Origin: Bacteroidota bacterium
GTDB lineage: Bacteria > Bacteroidota > Bacteroidia > AKYH767-A > 2013-40CM-41-45
Assembly (NCBI GenBank): GCA_031361545.1
Contig: JANLRG010000551.1
Coordinates: 1 to 50,170, forward strand
Direction of reading: 5' to 3'
DNA length: 50,170 bases
In this document: positions 1 through 8,281 of the stretch, piece after piece
How positions within the stretch are numbered: position 1 is the stretch's first letter
Layout: each line of letters begins with the position of its first letter
Made by a program: the position numbers and the translations under genes
The notes under the pieces: generated by a model
Databases searched by the model: none
Told to the model about the DNA's origin: nothing
What the model saw: only the letters and a program-made list of their open reading frames with translations

Positions 1-55
1 TCCATTCTCCATTCCCAATTTGTTTCCTTATTCCTAATTACCTATTACTTATGAC
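1..55. repeat. Degenerate heptamer-period repeat tract (CCATTCT-like units) just downstream of pgk, cut by the window edge
   Basis: tccattctccattc at 1-14 is an exact copy of 32880-32893. 7-nt periodicity. No ORF. Confidence 0.4.
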
Positions 56-1246
56 CTATTCTTCAATCGCCACCACTCCTGGCAACTCTTTTCCCTCTAT
101 ATATTCCAACAACGCTCCACCGCCAGTAGAGACGTAGGAAACTTTTTCAGTCAAACCAAATTTTGTAATAGCCGCCGCTGAGTCGCCGCCGCCGATAAGT
201 GAGAACGCTCCTTTTGAAGTGGCCGATGCAATAGCTTCTGCAATCATTTTTGTTCCATGTGCAAACTTTTCAAATTCAAAAACTCCGGCCGGACCATTCC
301 ACAAAATTGTTTTTGACTGAGCAATAATATCAGTAAATAATTTTTCTGACTTCGGGCCAATATCTAAACCCATCCATCCATCAGGTATTGAATTGATGTC
401 GCATATTTTTGAATTTGCATTCGCATCAAATTTATCAGCGATGATGGCATCAACAGGTAATATTAATTTTATACCACTCGATTTCGCTTTTTCAAAAATG
501 GTCGCAGCTAATTCTAATTTGTCTGCCTCAACCAGTGATGAACCGATTCTTCCACCGAGCGATTTTATAAAAGTGAATGACATTCCACCACCAATTAATA
601 AATAGTCCACCTTGTTCATCAGCTGTTCTATGATTAAAATTTTGTCGGAAACTTTTGCTCCACCCATAATGGCAGTGAAAGGTTTTTCTGCATGTAACAT
701 AACTTTGTCGGCATTGGCCAACTCATTTGCCATTACATATCCAAAGAATTTTTTATTGGGAAAATTTTTTGCAATTACAGCAGTCGATGCATGTGCTCTA
801 TGTGCTGTTCCGAAAGCGTCATTGACATAAACTGTTCCTAATGCTGCAAGTTTTTTTGCGAAAGATGCATCACCATTTTCTTCTTCTTTATAAAATCGCA
901 AGTTTTCAAGCAGCAAAATTTCACCAGGCTTTAATTCACCTGCCAATTTATTTGCGATTTCTCCGATACAGTCGTCGGCAAATTTTATTGAAACATTCGT
1001 CAGCTTTGAAATGTGCTGAACTAAATGTTTTAAAGAATATTTTTCTGAAGGACCTTCTTTGGGTCGGCCTAAATGCGACATCAAAATTACAGAACCGCCA
1101 TCGTTGATTATTTTATTGATGGTAGGAATTGCTGCGCGAATTCTAGTGTCGTCGGTAATGGTAAAATCTTTATTTAACGGTACATTGAAGTCTACACGGA
1201 CTAATACTTTTTCATCTTTGAAATTGTGTGTGTCAATTGTTTTCAT
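56..1246 (-). CDS. pgk: Phosphoglycerate kinase
   Basis: 396-aa full-length ORF with hallmark segments [19 protein letters not shown] and [10 protein letters not shown]. Confidence 0.97.
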   Translation of the reverse strand: MKTIDTHNFKDEKVLVRVDFNVPLNKDFTITDDTRIRAAIPTINKIINDGGSVILMSHLGRPKEGPSEKYSLKHLVQHISKLTNVSIKFADDCIGEIANKLAGELKPGEILLLENLRFYKEEENGDASFAKKLAALGTVYVNDAFGTAHRAHASTAVIAKNFPNKKFFGYVMANELANADKVMLHAEKPFTAIMGGAKVSDKILIIEQLMNKVDYLLIGGGMSFTFIKSLGGRIGSSLVEADKLELAATIFEKAKSSGIKLILPVDAIIADKFDANANSKICDINSIPDGWMGLDIGPKSEKLFTDIIAQSKTILWNGPAGVFEFEKFAHGTKMIAEAIASATSKGAFSLIGGGDSAAAITKFGLTEKVSYVSTGGGALLEYIEGKELPGVVAIEE

Positions 1247-1250
1247 GACG

Positions 1251-1258
1251 CAAAAATA
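1251..1258 (-). promoter_or_regulatory. Bacteroidota -7 promoter box (TATTTTTG) for pgk
   Basis: Minus strand reads TATTTTTG-CGTC-ATG. Matches the TAnnTTTG consensus and lies 4 nt from the start codon. Confidence 0.45.
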
Positions 1259-1261
1259 ATT

Positions 1262-1281
1262 AAAATCTGTACACAGATTTT
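1262..1281 (-). terminator. Weak AT-rich hairpin overlapping the stop codon of the upstream OMP gene
   Basis: aaaatctgt/acagatttt inverted repeat, followed on the minus strand by a T-rich run (aattattttt). Only 2 G:C pairs. Confidence 0.3.
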
Positions 1282-2659
1282 AATTAAATGCAGCACAATC
1301 TTGACCTTTGCTAAATGGTTTTTTACAGAACTGCATTTTGAAGCCAAAAAATAAATCGAAACTGTTTACATTGGAGAGACCAAACAATTGGAAAAGTCTA
1401 TCAGTGCCAATCACCAACCATTTATATCGAACGCCTAAGCCGAGAGAGCCCTGCTTATATTCGAACATTGTATAATTTAAATTAGCCTCCCATTTTCTTT
1501 TCTCATAACGACCCGAAAAAGTCAATTGATCTCCACGAGCAATTTGGTTCGATGTAAAATGCAATCGTTTCACCAAAGAAATATTTCCATACCACTTCGG
1601 AGTAAATGAATAATCAAATTGCAAACTTAAGGCTAATGGCGTCCAAATATAAAAACCTGCATCACGAACTGTTGCTGTCAAATTTGAAACTAATTGTGTA
1701 TCCAGGTTATTGACTCCAAGTTGAGAGGAGTCAATGCCAGTCCAAATTCTATCCACTGTATTTTGAACTGTTATGACTTGCGATTTTCTAAAATATCGAA
1801 TGGTACCGAGATCCATTAATGATGCGCCAATTCTATAATCGTATTTTTTAGTATTGTCGTTACTCTTATTGCATTCAAATCCTCCTTGTCTGCGTTTGTG
1901 AATGTATGTTACTCCCAAAGTCGAGCTCAAACCAATTCCTCTTAATGCAATAAATGAATCATCAATTGCTTTTCCAAATGTTGCGTTGACGTTATGGAAG
2001 ACTACGTTCGATGAATCCAAAACGGTATAATCTAATTGCTTGAAGTCTCCATACATTCCGTTGAATCCAATTAGAATATTTCCTGTTGCTCCCCACTTTA
2101 AATAGTGATCTTCTGTTTCTTTAATTACTTTTCCAATTGTTCCACCTAATTCTAACCATGTTGCTGTCGCCAGACTAAATGGTGTTGAAGAATATCGAAT
2201 ACCAAAAATTTTAGGATCGTGAAAATTTTGATAAAAGACATAGGCTAAATTAGTCGGAACATTTAATACATCAAGTTCGCTGCGAAATGCACTATGTAAA
2301 CCCCAGGCAGAAGTTCCATTATTTTTAATGTAAGAAGGACCAATTACCAATGCATGTCCAAAAGCACTCTGTGTTGGAAATGATGTTGAGTAAGAGTATT
2401 GTTTTCCTGGCGGAACATTGTTAGTGATGGCATTAAAAACAATGTGTTTGCTCTGTGGGAAATAGACGTATGTGTTTTCAGCAAAAAAATCAGCCGCCAA
2501 AAAATTTATTTCATACTTGTATGGTGCCCCAACAATGGAAGATGGATTCAAAAAGAGGCCCATATTACCTGCGTAATTGCTATTGCTTATTCCCCACATT
2601 TCCTGACCGAATGATCTTTGAGAAATGAAGAGAAGGAGAAAAAGAACTATTTTTTTCAT
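1280..2659 (-). CDS. Predicted outer-membrane beta-barrel protein of unknown function with signal peptide (PorP/SprF- or DUF5723-like)
   Basis: Signal peptide MKKIVLFLLLFISQRSFGQ. Alternating amphipathic, aromatic-rich segments throughout. ATG at 2659 preferred over the TTG at 2668 because a -7 box overlaps 2666-2673. Confidence 0.55.
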   Translation of the reverse strand: MKKIVLFLLLFISQRSFGQEMWGISNSNYAGNMGLFLNPSSIVGAPYKYEINFLAADFFAENTYVYFPQSKHIVFNAITNNVPPGKQYSYSTSFPTQSAFGHALVIGPSYIKNNGTSAWGLHSAFRSELDVLNVPTNLAYVFYQNFHDPKIFGIRYSSTPFSLATATWLELGGTIGKVIKETEDHYLKWGATGNILIGFNGMYGDFKQLDYTVLDSSNVVFHNVNATFGKAIDDSFIALRGIGLSSTLGVTYIHKRRQGGFECNKSNDNTKKYDYRIGASLMDLGTIRYFRKSQVITVQNTVDRIWTGIDSSQLGVNNLDTQLVSNLTATVRDAGFYIWTPLALSLQFDYSFTPKWYGNISLVKRLHFTSNQIARGDQLTFSGRYEKRKWEANLNYTMFEYKQGSLGLGVRYKWLVIGTDRLFQLFGLSNVNSFDLFFGFKMQFCKKPFSKGQDCAAFN

Positions 2660-2665
2660 AGGGCG

Positions 2666-2673
2666 CAAATATA
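2666..2673 (-). promoter_or_regulatory. -7 promoter box (TATATTTG) for the OMP gene
   Basis: Minus strand reads TATATTTG-CGCCCT-ATG, 6 nt from the ATG. Confidence 0.45.
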
Positions 2674-2797
2674 TTGGTTTGTTAGGTTATAAAAAGGAAT
2701 ACTAGTGAGTTTTACTAGCGATTTATTATTTGTGACCTAAAAGCGGTTGATTGAAAGAAAAATTCGGATGAATTCTCTAACGGTTTAAACAAAAAAC

Positions 2798-2805
2798 TAT
2801 TTTTG
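2798..2805 (+). promoter_or_regulatory. -7 promoter box (TATTTTTG) for holB
   Basis: TATTTTTG-CAAC-ATG, 4 nt from the ATG at 2810. Confidence 0.45.
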
Positions 2806-2809
2806 CAAC

Positions 2810-3955
2810 ATGAAATTTTCAGAAGTCATAGGCCACCATAAAGTCAAAGCAAGACTGATTCAGTCAGCAAAGGATGGTCGTGTGAGTCATACTTTACTTT
2901 TTTTAGGAGCAGAAGGAGCAGGAGCTTTACCGCTTGCGAATGCTTTTGCACAATATCTTATTTGCGAAAACAGATCAGATACAGATTCATGCGGCTCTTG
3001 TTTGGCATGTATAAAAATAGAAAAATGTGTTCACCCCGATGTTTCTTATACTTTTCCAGTCTCTACAAAAGATAAAATTAAAGAACCTAGAAGCATCGAC
3101 TTTATTGAGAATTGGCGGGAAGCTTTCATCAATCAGCCTTATCTCACTTATTTGGAGTGGATGGAAGCGGCTGACATTGAAAATAAACAAGGTTCAATTT
3201 CTGTCCATGAAAGTGCCGACATCATACAACGATTAAATCTGAAAGTACTTGAAGCTCCGTATAAGATTGTTATCATCTGGTTGCCGGAGAAAATGAATGC
3301 ATCAGCAGCGAATAAATTGTTGAAGATCTTAGAAGAGCCATTAGATAACACATTGTTTTTTTTAGTTGCAGAAGAATACGAAGCATTGCTGCCAACAATT
3401 ATTTCTAGAACACAATTGGTGAAAGTAAATCAGATTGAAGAAGAGGAATTGATTCGCGAATTAACAACGAAACATAATGTTGATCTATCGTTAGCTCGTC
3501 GCATTTATCATAAATCAAATGGTAGTTATTCTGCTGCTCTCGATTTAGTGCAGCGAGCCGACATTGAAGTTAATTTTCAAAATGATTTTATTTTGTGGAT
3601 GAGAGGTTGCTATCAATTGAATTTAAAAGTAATCAACGAGTACACATTAAAGTTAAATGAACTTAATCGCGACGAGCAAAAACATTTTTTAGGCGGATGT
3701 TTGGATAATATTCGGGAATGTTTATTACTGAATTATGCTAATCGCTCGTTAATTAAATTGGATGGTGAAGAGCTCACAAATCTCTCAAAGTTTGCTCCGT
3801 TAATTCACATGAACAATGTTGATGGTTTTGTAGATGAAATAAATGAGGCAATGTTTCATATAGATAGAAATGTCAATTTCAAAATTTTATTCAGCGATCT
3901 TTCTTTCAAAATTCATTCTCTTTTGAGAGCCACTGTTCCTTCCCTGTCAAATTGA
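2810..3955 (+). CDS. holB: DNA polymerase III delta-prime subunit (clamp-loader AAA+)
   Basis: N-terminal HTLLFLGAEGAGALPLA P-loop-like segment, CGSCLAC zinc module and SRTQ sensor segment. 381 aa. Confidence 0.85.
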   Translation: MKFSEVIGHHKVKARLIQSAKDGRVSHTLLFLGAEGAGALPLANAFAQYLICENRSDTDSCGSCLACIKIEKCVHPDVSYTFPVSTKDKIKEPRSIDFIENWREAFINQPYLTYLEWMEAADIENKQGSISVHESADIIQRLNLKVLEAPYKIVIIWLPEKMNASAANKLLKILEEPLDNTLFFLVAEEYEALLPTIISRTQLVKVNQIEEEELIRELTTKHNVDLSLARRIYHKSNGSYSAALDLVQRADIEVNFQNDFILWMRGCYQLNLKVINEYTLKLNELNRDEQKHFLGGCLDNIRECLLLNYANRSLIKLDGEELTNLSKFAPLIHMNNVDGFVDEINEAMFHIDRNVNFKILFSDLSFKIHSLLRATVPSLSN

Positions 3956-4125
3956 TTTTTTCAGATTCACTGATACTTTCATTCCAAGTTCGTGCATCCA
4001 TTCCCTAGCCATTTCCCTTTTTAAAATTAAAGTCGTTGAAAATCAAAGCTGTTGCTACTATTTCTTTGAAAAGAGACACCGTTGGAAAGTAGGCGAGAAG
4101 AGTCATCTTTATTCATAGATTTTGC

Positions 4126-4133
4126 TAATTTTG
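4126..4133 (+). promoter_or_regulatory. -7 promoter box (TAATTTTG) for the PSP1 gene
   Basis: Matches TAnnTTTG, 18 nt upstream of the ATG at 4152. Confidence 0.45.
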
Positions 4134-4151
4134 CCCTACTCAATTCAAATT

Positions 4152-5762
4152 ATGGCTTGTAAATCGTGTAGTACTGGGAAAGATGGAGCGCCTGCAGCTG
4201 GTTGCCGGAGTAATGGTACTTGTGGAACGGGAGGATGCAACAAGCTGAATGTTTATAACTGGCTTTCAGACATGGTGTTGCCTCACGGACAAGCACCTTT
4301 TCCTATAGTTGAAGTGCGCTTTAAAGGTAGCCGCAAAGAATTTTATCGTAACGCCGATAATGTTGAACTCCGTGTGGGCGACCTCGTAGCTCTTGAAGCG
4401 TCGCCCGGACATGATGTCGGTGTTGTTTCTATGTTGGGTGAATTGGTGCGTTTTCAATTGCGAAAAAAAGGTGTCGAAGAAAATTCAGATATCATTAAAG
4501 CGCTATATAGAAAAGCTAAAACTTCTGAAATTGAAAAATACAACGAAGTAAAAGATAAAGAAACTCCTGTCTTACATCGTACACGTGAAATTATTCAGTC
4601 GTTGAAATTGAATATGAAATTGAGTGACATCGAATTTCAAGGCGATGGGAAAAAAGCTACTTTCTTTTATACTGCCGATGATAGAGTTGATTTTCGTGAA
4701 CTGATAAAAAAACTTGCGGAAGAATATCGAATTCGTGTGGAGATGCGTCAAATTGGAATGCGTCAAGAAGCAGCTCGACTAGGAGGAATAGGAGTTTGCG
4801 GAAGAGAACTTTGTTGCTCTACTTGGTTGTCAGATTTTAAAACTGTTTCTACAAGCACTGCTCGTTATCAAAATTTAGCTCTCAATCCTGCTAAGTTAGC
4901 CGGTCAGTGTACCAAATTAAAATGTTGTTTGAACTACGAACTTGATTCGTACATGGATACTTTAAAAGATTTCCCATCTACCAATACAATTTTAGAAACT
5001 GATAAAGGTCGCGCCTTTCATCGTAAGACTGATATTTTTAAACGATTGATGTGGTATGCTTTTACAATTGATGAGCGTAAAGAGCAAAAGGAATTGTCTG
5101 AAGGTGGAGTTGGTGGAAATTGGGTGATGTTGTCTGTTGACAGAGTGAATGAAATCATCAGTCTTAATAAACAAAAAATTAGACCTACAGATCTTGCATT
5201 ACCTGTAGAAATAGAAACAGAAGAGTTGCCAGATTATGAAAATGTAGTCGGACAAGATCGTATCGATCGCATGGATAAGTTGAAGAAGAAAAAGAAGAAG
5301 AAAAAACCAAGCGGAGGTGATGGAGTTCGGAATTCAAGTCAACAAGTGAATGCAGTTTCTGGTAGTGAAACAAATATTCCAGAGCAACCAAGTCAACGTC
5401 CTGTGGTTGGTCAACAGCAACGATCAAATAATCCAGGTAATCAACAGCGACGACCAGAACAAAAAGCAAATCCAAATCAAGGTCAGACTGGCCAGCAAAA
5501 TCCAAATCAGGGACAGCCTCGTCCGCAAAATCCGAATCAACAGAAACCGCAGAACCCGAATCAATCTCGTCCGCAAAATCCAAATCAGCAACGTCCACAG
5601 CAAACACAACAGCCGAAGCCAACTGGTAGCGAACAAAAACCGAATTCAAATTTGCCTGACAAGCCGCCTGTTAATCCGCCGACTTCAAAGCCGGATGAAC
5701 AAAAAATTGATCGTTCTAATCGTGCGCCTCGTCAACCTCGTACAGATAAACCTTCCGAGTAA
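4152..5762 (+). CDS. PSP1 domain protein (RicT/YaaT-like) with Cys-rich N-terminus and long Q/N/P-rich C-terminal tail
   Basis: Cys cluster MACKSCSTG..CRSNGTCGTGGC, PSP1-type core (FYTADDRVDFRELIKKLAEEYRIRVEMRQIG) and CGRELCC..CCLNYE motifs. ATG at 4152 preferred over the TTG at 4122, which overlaps the -7 box. Confidence 0.85.
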   Translation: MACKSCSTGKDGAPAAGCRSNGTCGTGGCNKLNVYNWLSDMVLPHGQAPFPIVEVRFKGSRKEFYRNADNVELRVGDLVALEASPGHDVGVVSMLGELVRFQLRKKGVEENSDIIKALYRKAKTSEIEKYNEVKDKETPVLHRTREIIQSLKLNMKLSDIEFQGDGKKATFFYTADDRVDFRELIKKLAEEYRIRVEMRQIGMRQEAARLGGIGVCGRELCCSTWLSDFKTVSTSTARYQNLALNPAKLAGQCTKLKCCLNYELDSYMDTLKDFPSTNTILETDKGRAFHRKTDIFKRLMWYAFTIDERKEQKELSEGGVGGNWVMLSVDRVNEIISLNKQKIRPTDLALPVEIETEELPDYENVVGQDRIDRMDKLKKKKKKKKPSGGDGVRNSSQQVNAVSGSETNIPEQPSQRPVVGQQQRSNNPGNQQRRPEQKANPNQGQTGQQNPNQGQPRPQNPNQQKPQNPNQSRPQNPNQQRPQQTQQPKPTGSEQKPNSNLPDKPPVNPPTSKPDEQKIDRSNRAPRQPRTDKPSE

Positions 5763-5766
5763 AAAC

Positions 5767-6261
5767 ATGTATCGACAATTTTCAATGAAAGGATTTTTTA
5801 AAATAGCATTATTTTTATTTGCTATCGTCTCTCTAAATGCTTGCGATCGAAATGTAGTATTTGAAAAAAATGTAGAGCTCCCTGAAAATCGTTGGGAACA
5901 AAAAAATGCTGTGAAGTTTACAGTCGAGATTCAAGATACAATCAATCCTCACAATTTATATATCAATCTTAGAAATGCTGCGGGCTATCAGTTCAGCAAC
6001 ATCTTTTTATTTTTTACAACAACAGCTCCGAGCGGAAAAATGGAACGCGATACAATTGAACTAACTCTTGCCGATGCAAATGGAAAATGGTTAGGCGATG
6101 GTATGGGCGATATCTGGGATAACCGCGAACTTTTCAAAAAGAATTTTAAATTTCCACAGTCAGGAACTTATACTTTTCAATTAGAACAAGCAATGCGCAT
6201 AGATCCGCTACCACAAATTATGGATGCAGGAATCAGAATTGAAAGAGTGGAAGGGAAATAA
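5767..6261 (+). CDS. gldH: Gliding-motility lipoprotein GldH
   Basis: 164 aa. Lipobox LNAC. Family-typical segment YQFSNIFLFFTT..ERDTIELTLADANGKWLGDGMGDIWD. Starts 5 nt after the PSP1 stop. The track ORF 5350-6261 is an upstream read-through artefact. Confidence 0.8.
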   Translation: MYRQFSMKGFFKIALFLFAIVSLNACDRNVVFEKNVELPENRWEQKNAVKFTVEIQDTINPHNLYINLRNAAGYQFSNIFLFFTTTAPSGKMERDTIELTLADANGKWLGDGMGDIWDNRELFKKNFKFPQSGTYTFQLEQAMRIDPLPQIMDAGIRIERVEGK

Positions 6262-6344
6262 AATGTGAATGTTGATTGGTTTGGTTTGAAATGTTTTGCG
6301 TCATTCAATCAACTACAACCCAAATACTTTCTATCATAATTTAG

Positions 6345-6352
6345 TATATTTG
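6345..6352 (+). promoter_or_regulatory. -7 promoter box (TATATTTG) ahead of the small antitoxin-like ORF
   Basis: Matches TAnnTTTG, 13 nt upstream of the ATG at 6366. Confidence 0.4.
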
Positions 6353-6365
6353 AAAAAACAAAGAC

Positions 6366-6633
6366 ATGGACATTCAAGCAGAAAAAATTAAATTAATAGA
6401 ATGGTTAAATAATTTGACAGACCAGTCAATTATCGAAAAGCTAAAGCTATTTAAGGCCAACTGTTAATCTAATTTCTTGCAGACCAAAACTATTTACCTT
6501 GACAAATTTTAAAAAGAATTTAAGAAGATGTGTTGTGACAAAACAAACTATCATCTATGATAAGGAAGTTGATTCGAAAATTTATATCGTCTTATTACAT
6601 GACAATAGAAGAAATCCTGTGTCTGCACTATAA
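6366..6633 (+). pseudogene. Relic of a type II toxin-antitoxin pair: truncated antitoxin-like ORF plus a RelE/ParE-like C-terminal fragment
   Basis: 33-aa ORF at 6366-6467 (MDIQAEKIKLIEWLNNLTDQSIIEKLKLFKANC). An overlapping frame is open over 6445-6633 with no ATG and ends ..KQTIIYDKEVDSKIYIVLLHDNRRNPVSAL. Confidence 0.4.
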
Positions 6634-6802
6634 AGTGTACAACACATAAAATCAAATTACCACAACAATATTTTTCTCCTCTTTTTATTTTTATAGTTCG
6701 ATAAAAAAATAATGCTGCATCATTACTAACCTTTCATCACAAAACCCCATCAACAAATAATCCCATAATCCAACAACGAATAAAACTACCAATAACACTC
6801 TC

Positions 6803-8263
6803 ATGAAAACAAATTATTTATTACTCAGAAGTATCTGCTTTTTATTGTGCTTCTCTAGTGTAACATGTTTTGCACAAAATGCAAAGCCCAAACCAAAAGC
6901 AGAACCGCAAAGTAAAACTTCTATCAATCGTAATTTAGATGTAGCTCTTGCAAAAACTAATGTAGGCACAACGCCACCTCAAATGGATCAGAAAATATTT
7001 CCTTATCCGATCTATCAAAATAAAATGGCGAACGGATTGAATGTGGTAACTGTTCCTTATCAGTCTCCTGGTATTGCCGCTTTTTATATTGTCGTGCGTA
7101 CTGGTTCTCGTAACGAAGTTGAACAAGGTCACACAGGCTTTGCTCACTTTTTCGAACACATGATGTTTCGTGGAACGGATGCGTATCCTAAAGAAAAATA
7201 TTCTGCTACTTTAAAATCGACTGGAGCTTCTGCCAATGCAAATACAAGTTTAGACAGAACATTGTATCACATGACTGGTGATGCAAGTAAACTCGATACC
7301 ATGTTTAAAATAGAATCAGATCGTTTTCAAAATCTAAAATATTCTGTCCAAGGTTTTAAAACGGAAGCGGGAGCGGTGAAAGGTGAATACACAAAAAATT
7401 CTGCCAACCCTTACACTAAATTAAATGAGCTGGTTCAAAACACAGCTTTCGAATCGCATACTTACAAACATACAACGATGGGATTTTTCGAAGACATCGT
7501 AAACATGCCAAATGAATATCAATATTCGCTCGATTTTTTCAATCGTTATTATAGACCAGAGTATTGCACAATTATCGTTGTGGGCGATGTTACACCTGAC
7601 AGAGTAAACAGTTTGGCGAAAACCTATTTTGGAAATTGGACACATGGTACTTATACTTCTCAAGTTCCTGCCGACCCAGAACAAAAACAAACAAAGTTTG
7701 TGAACTTTCAAAAGGCTGGATTCCCGCCGTACTTAAGTCTAAATTATAAAGGACCAGCTTATGATATTAACTCAATTGATTTTCCGACAATCGATATTCT
7801 TTGCGCCGCTTACTTCGGTGAAAATTCTGCCATCTATAATAAATTAGTCATTGAAGAACAACGAGTGCGATCGATGAGTGCCGATGCACAAATGACAAGA
7901 GATCCATTTCTAATTTCAGTTGAAGCTTCTCTTGTGAACGACTCTGACTTTGCTTATGTAAAATCACAAATTGAAAAAGTATTAGAGGAAATTAAAACTA
8001 AACCAATTGATCCAGTTTTATTAGAGCAAACAAAAATGAATTTTAAAAATTCAGCGATAATGTCTATTGATAATCCAACATCTATTGCGCAAAATTTAAG
8101 TTATTTTACTTGGGTTACAGGAAATCCAGAAACATTGAATTCTTATTTTTCTGGTTATACAAAGGTGACGCCGAAAGATATTATGCGAGTGGCACAAAAA
8201 TATTTTGTTCCCAATCATTTAACCATCGGTACTATTGCGCCAACTGAAACGGTAAAATTTTAA
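6803..8263 (+). CDS. M16 (pitrilysin/insulinase) family zinc peptidase, catalytic-type, secreted
   Basis: Signal peptide. Inverted zincin motif HFFEH in GFAHFFEHMMFRGT. 486 aa. Confidence 0.85.
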   Translation: MKTNYLLLRSICFLLCFSSVTCFAQNAKPKPKAEPQSKTSINRNLDVALAKTNVGTTPPQMDQKIFPYPIYQNKMANGLNVVTVPYQSPGIAAFYIVVRTGSRNEVEQGHTGFAHFFEHMMFRGTDAYPKEKYSATLKSTGASANANTSLDRTLYHMTGDASKLDTMFKIESDRFQNLKYSVQGFKTEAGAVKGEYTKNSANPYTKLNELVQNTAFESHTYKHTTMGFFEDIVNMPNEYQYSLDFFNRYYRPEYCTIIVVGDVTPDRVNSLAKTYFGNWTHGTYTSQVPADPEQKQTKFVNFQKAGFPPYLSLNYKGPAYDINSIDFPTIDILCAAYFGENSAIYNKLVIEEQRVRSMSADAQMTRDPFLISVEASLVNDSDFAYVKSQIEKVLEEIKTKPIDPVLLEQTKMNFKNSAIMSIDNPTSIAQNLSYFTWVTGNPETLNSYFSGYTKVTPKDIMRVAQKYFVPNHLTIGTIAPTETVKF

Positions 8264-8281
8264 TTCCAAGATCTATCCAAC

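Noticed and set aside
393-1259. Four 66-88-aa plus-strand ORFs inside pgk. Similar antisense ORFs at 15969-16307, 25380-25718, 29743-30105, 46705-47136 and elsewhere
   Set aside because: All lie antisense to or embedded within strongly supported conserved genes and have no recognisable motifs. These are typical spurious ORFs in AT-rich DNA.
4122-4151. TTG/alternative-start N-terminal extensions in the ORF track (4122, 10112, 43919, 2668, 30521, 22641, 43637, 49150)
   Set aside because: In each case a downstream ATG gives a canonical N-terminus, and several extensions overlap the predicted -7 promoter box or the preceding gene.
5185-5766. 154-aa and 70-aa minus-strand ORFs, and the upstream part of the 303-aa plus-strand ORF (5350 onward)
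   Set aside because: These are shadow frames of the Q/N/P repeat tail of the PSP1 gene. The only credible part of the 303-aa ORF is GldH, from the ATG at 5767.
6269-6311. gttgattg...caatcaac inverted repeat after gldH as a terminator
   Set aside because: An 8-bp stem with a 27-nt loop and no T tract is too weak to call.
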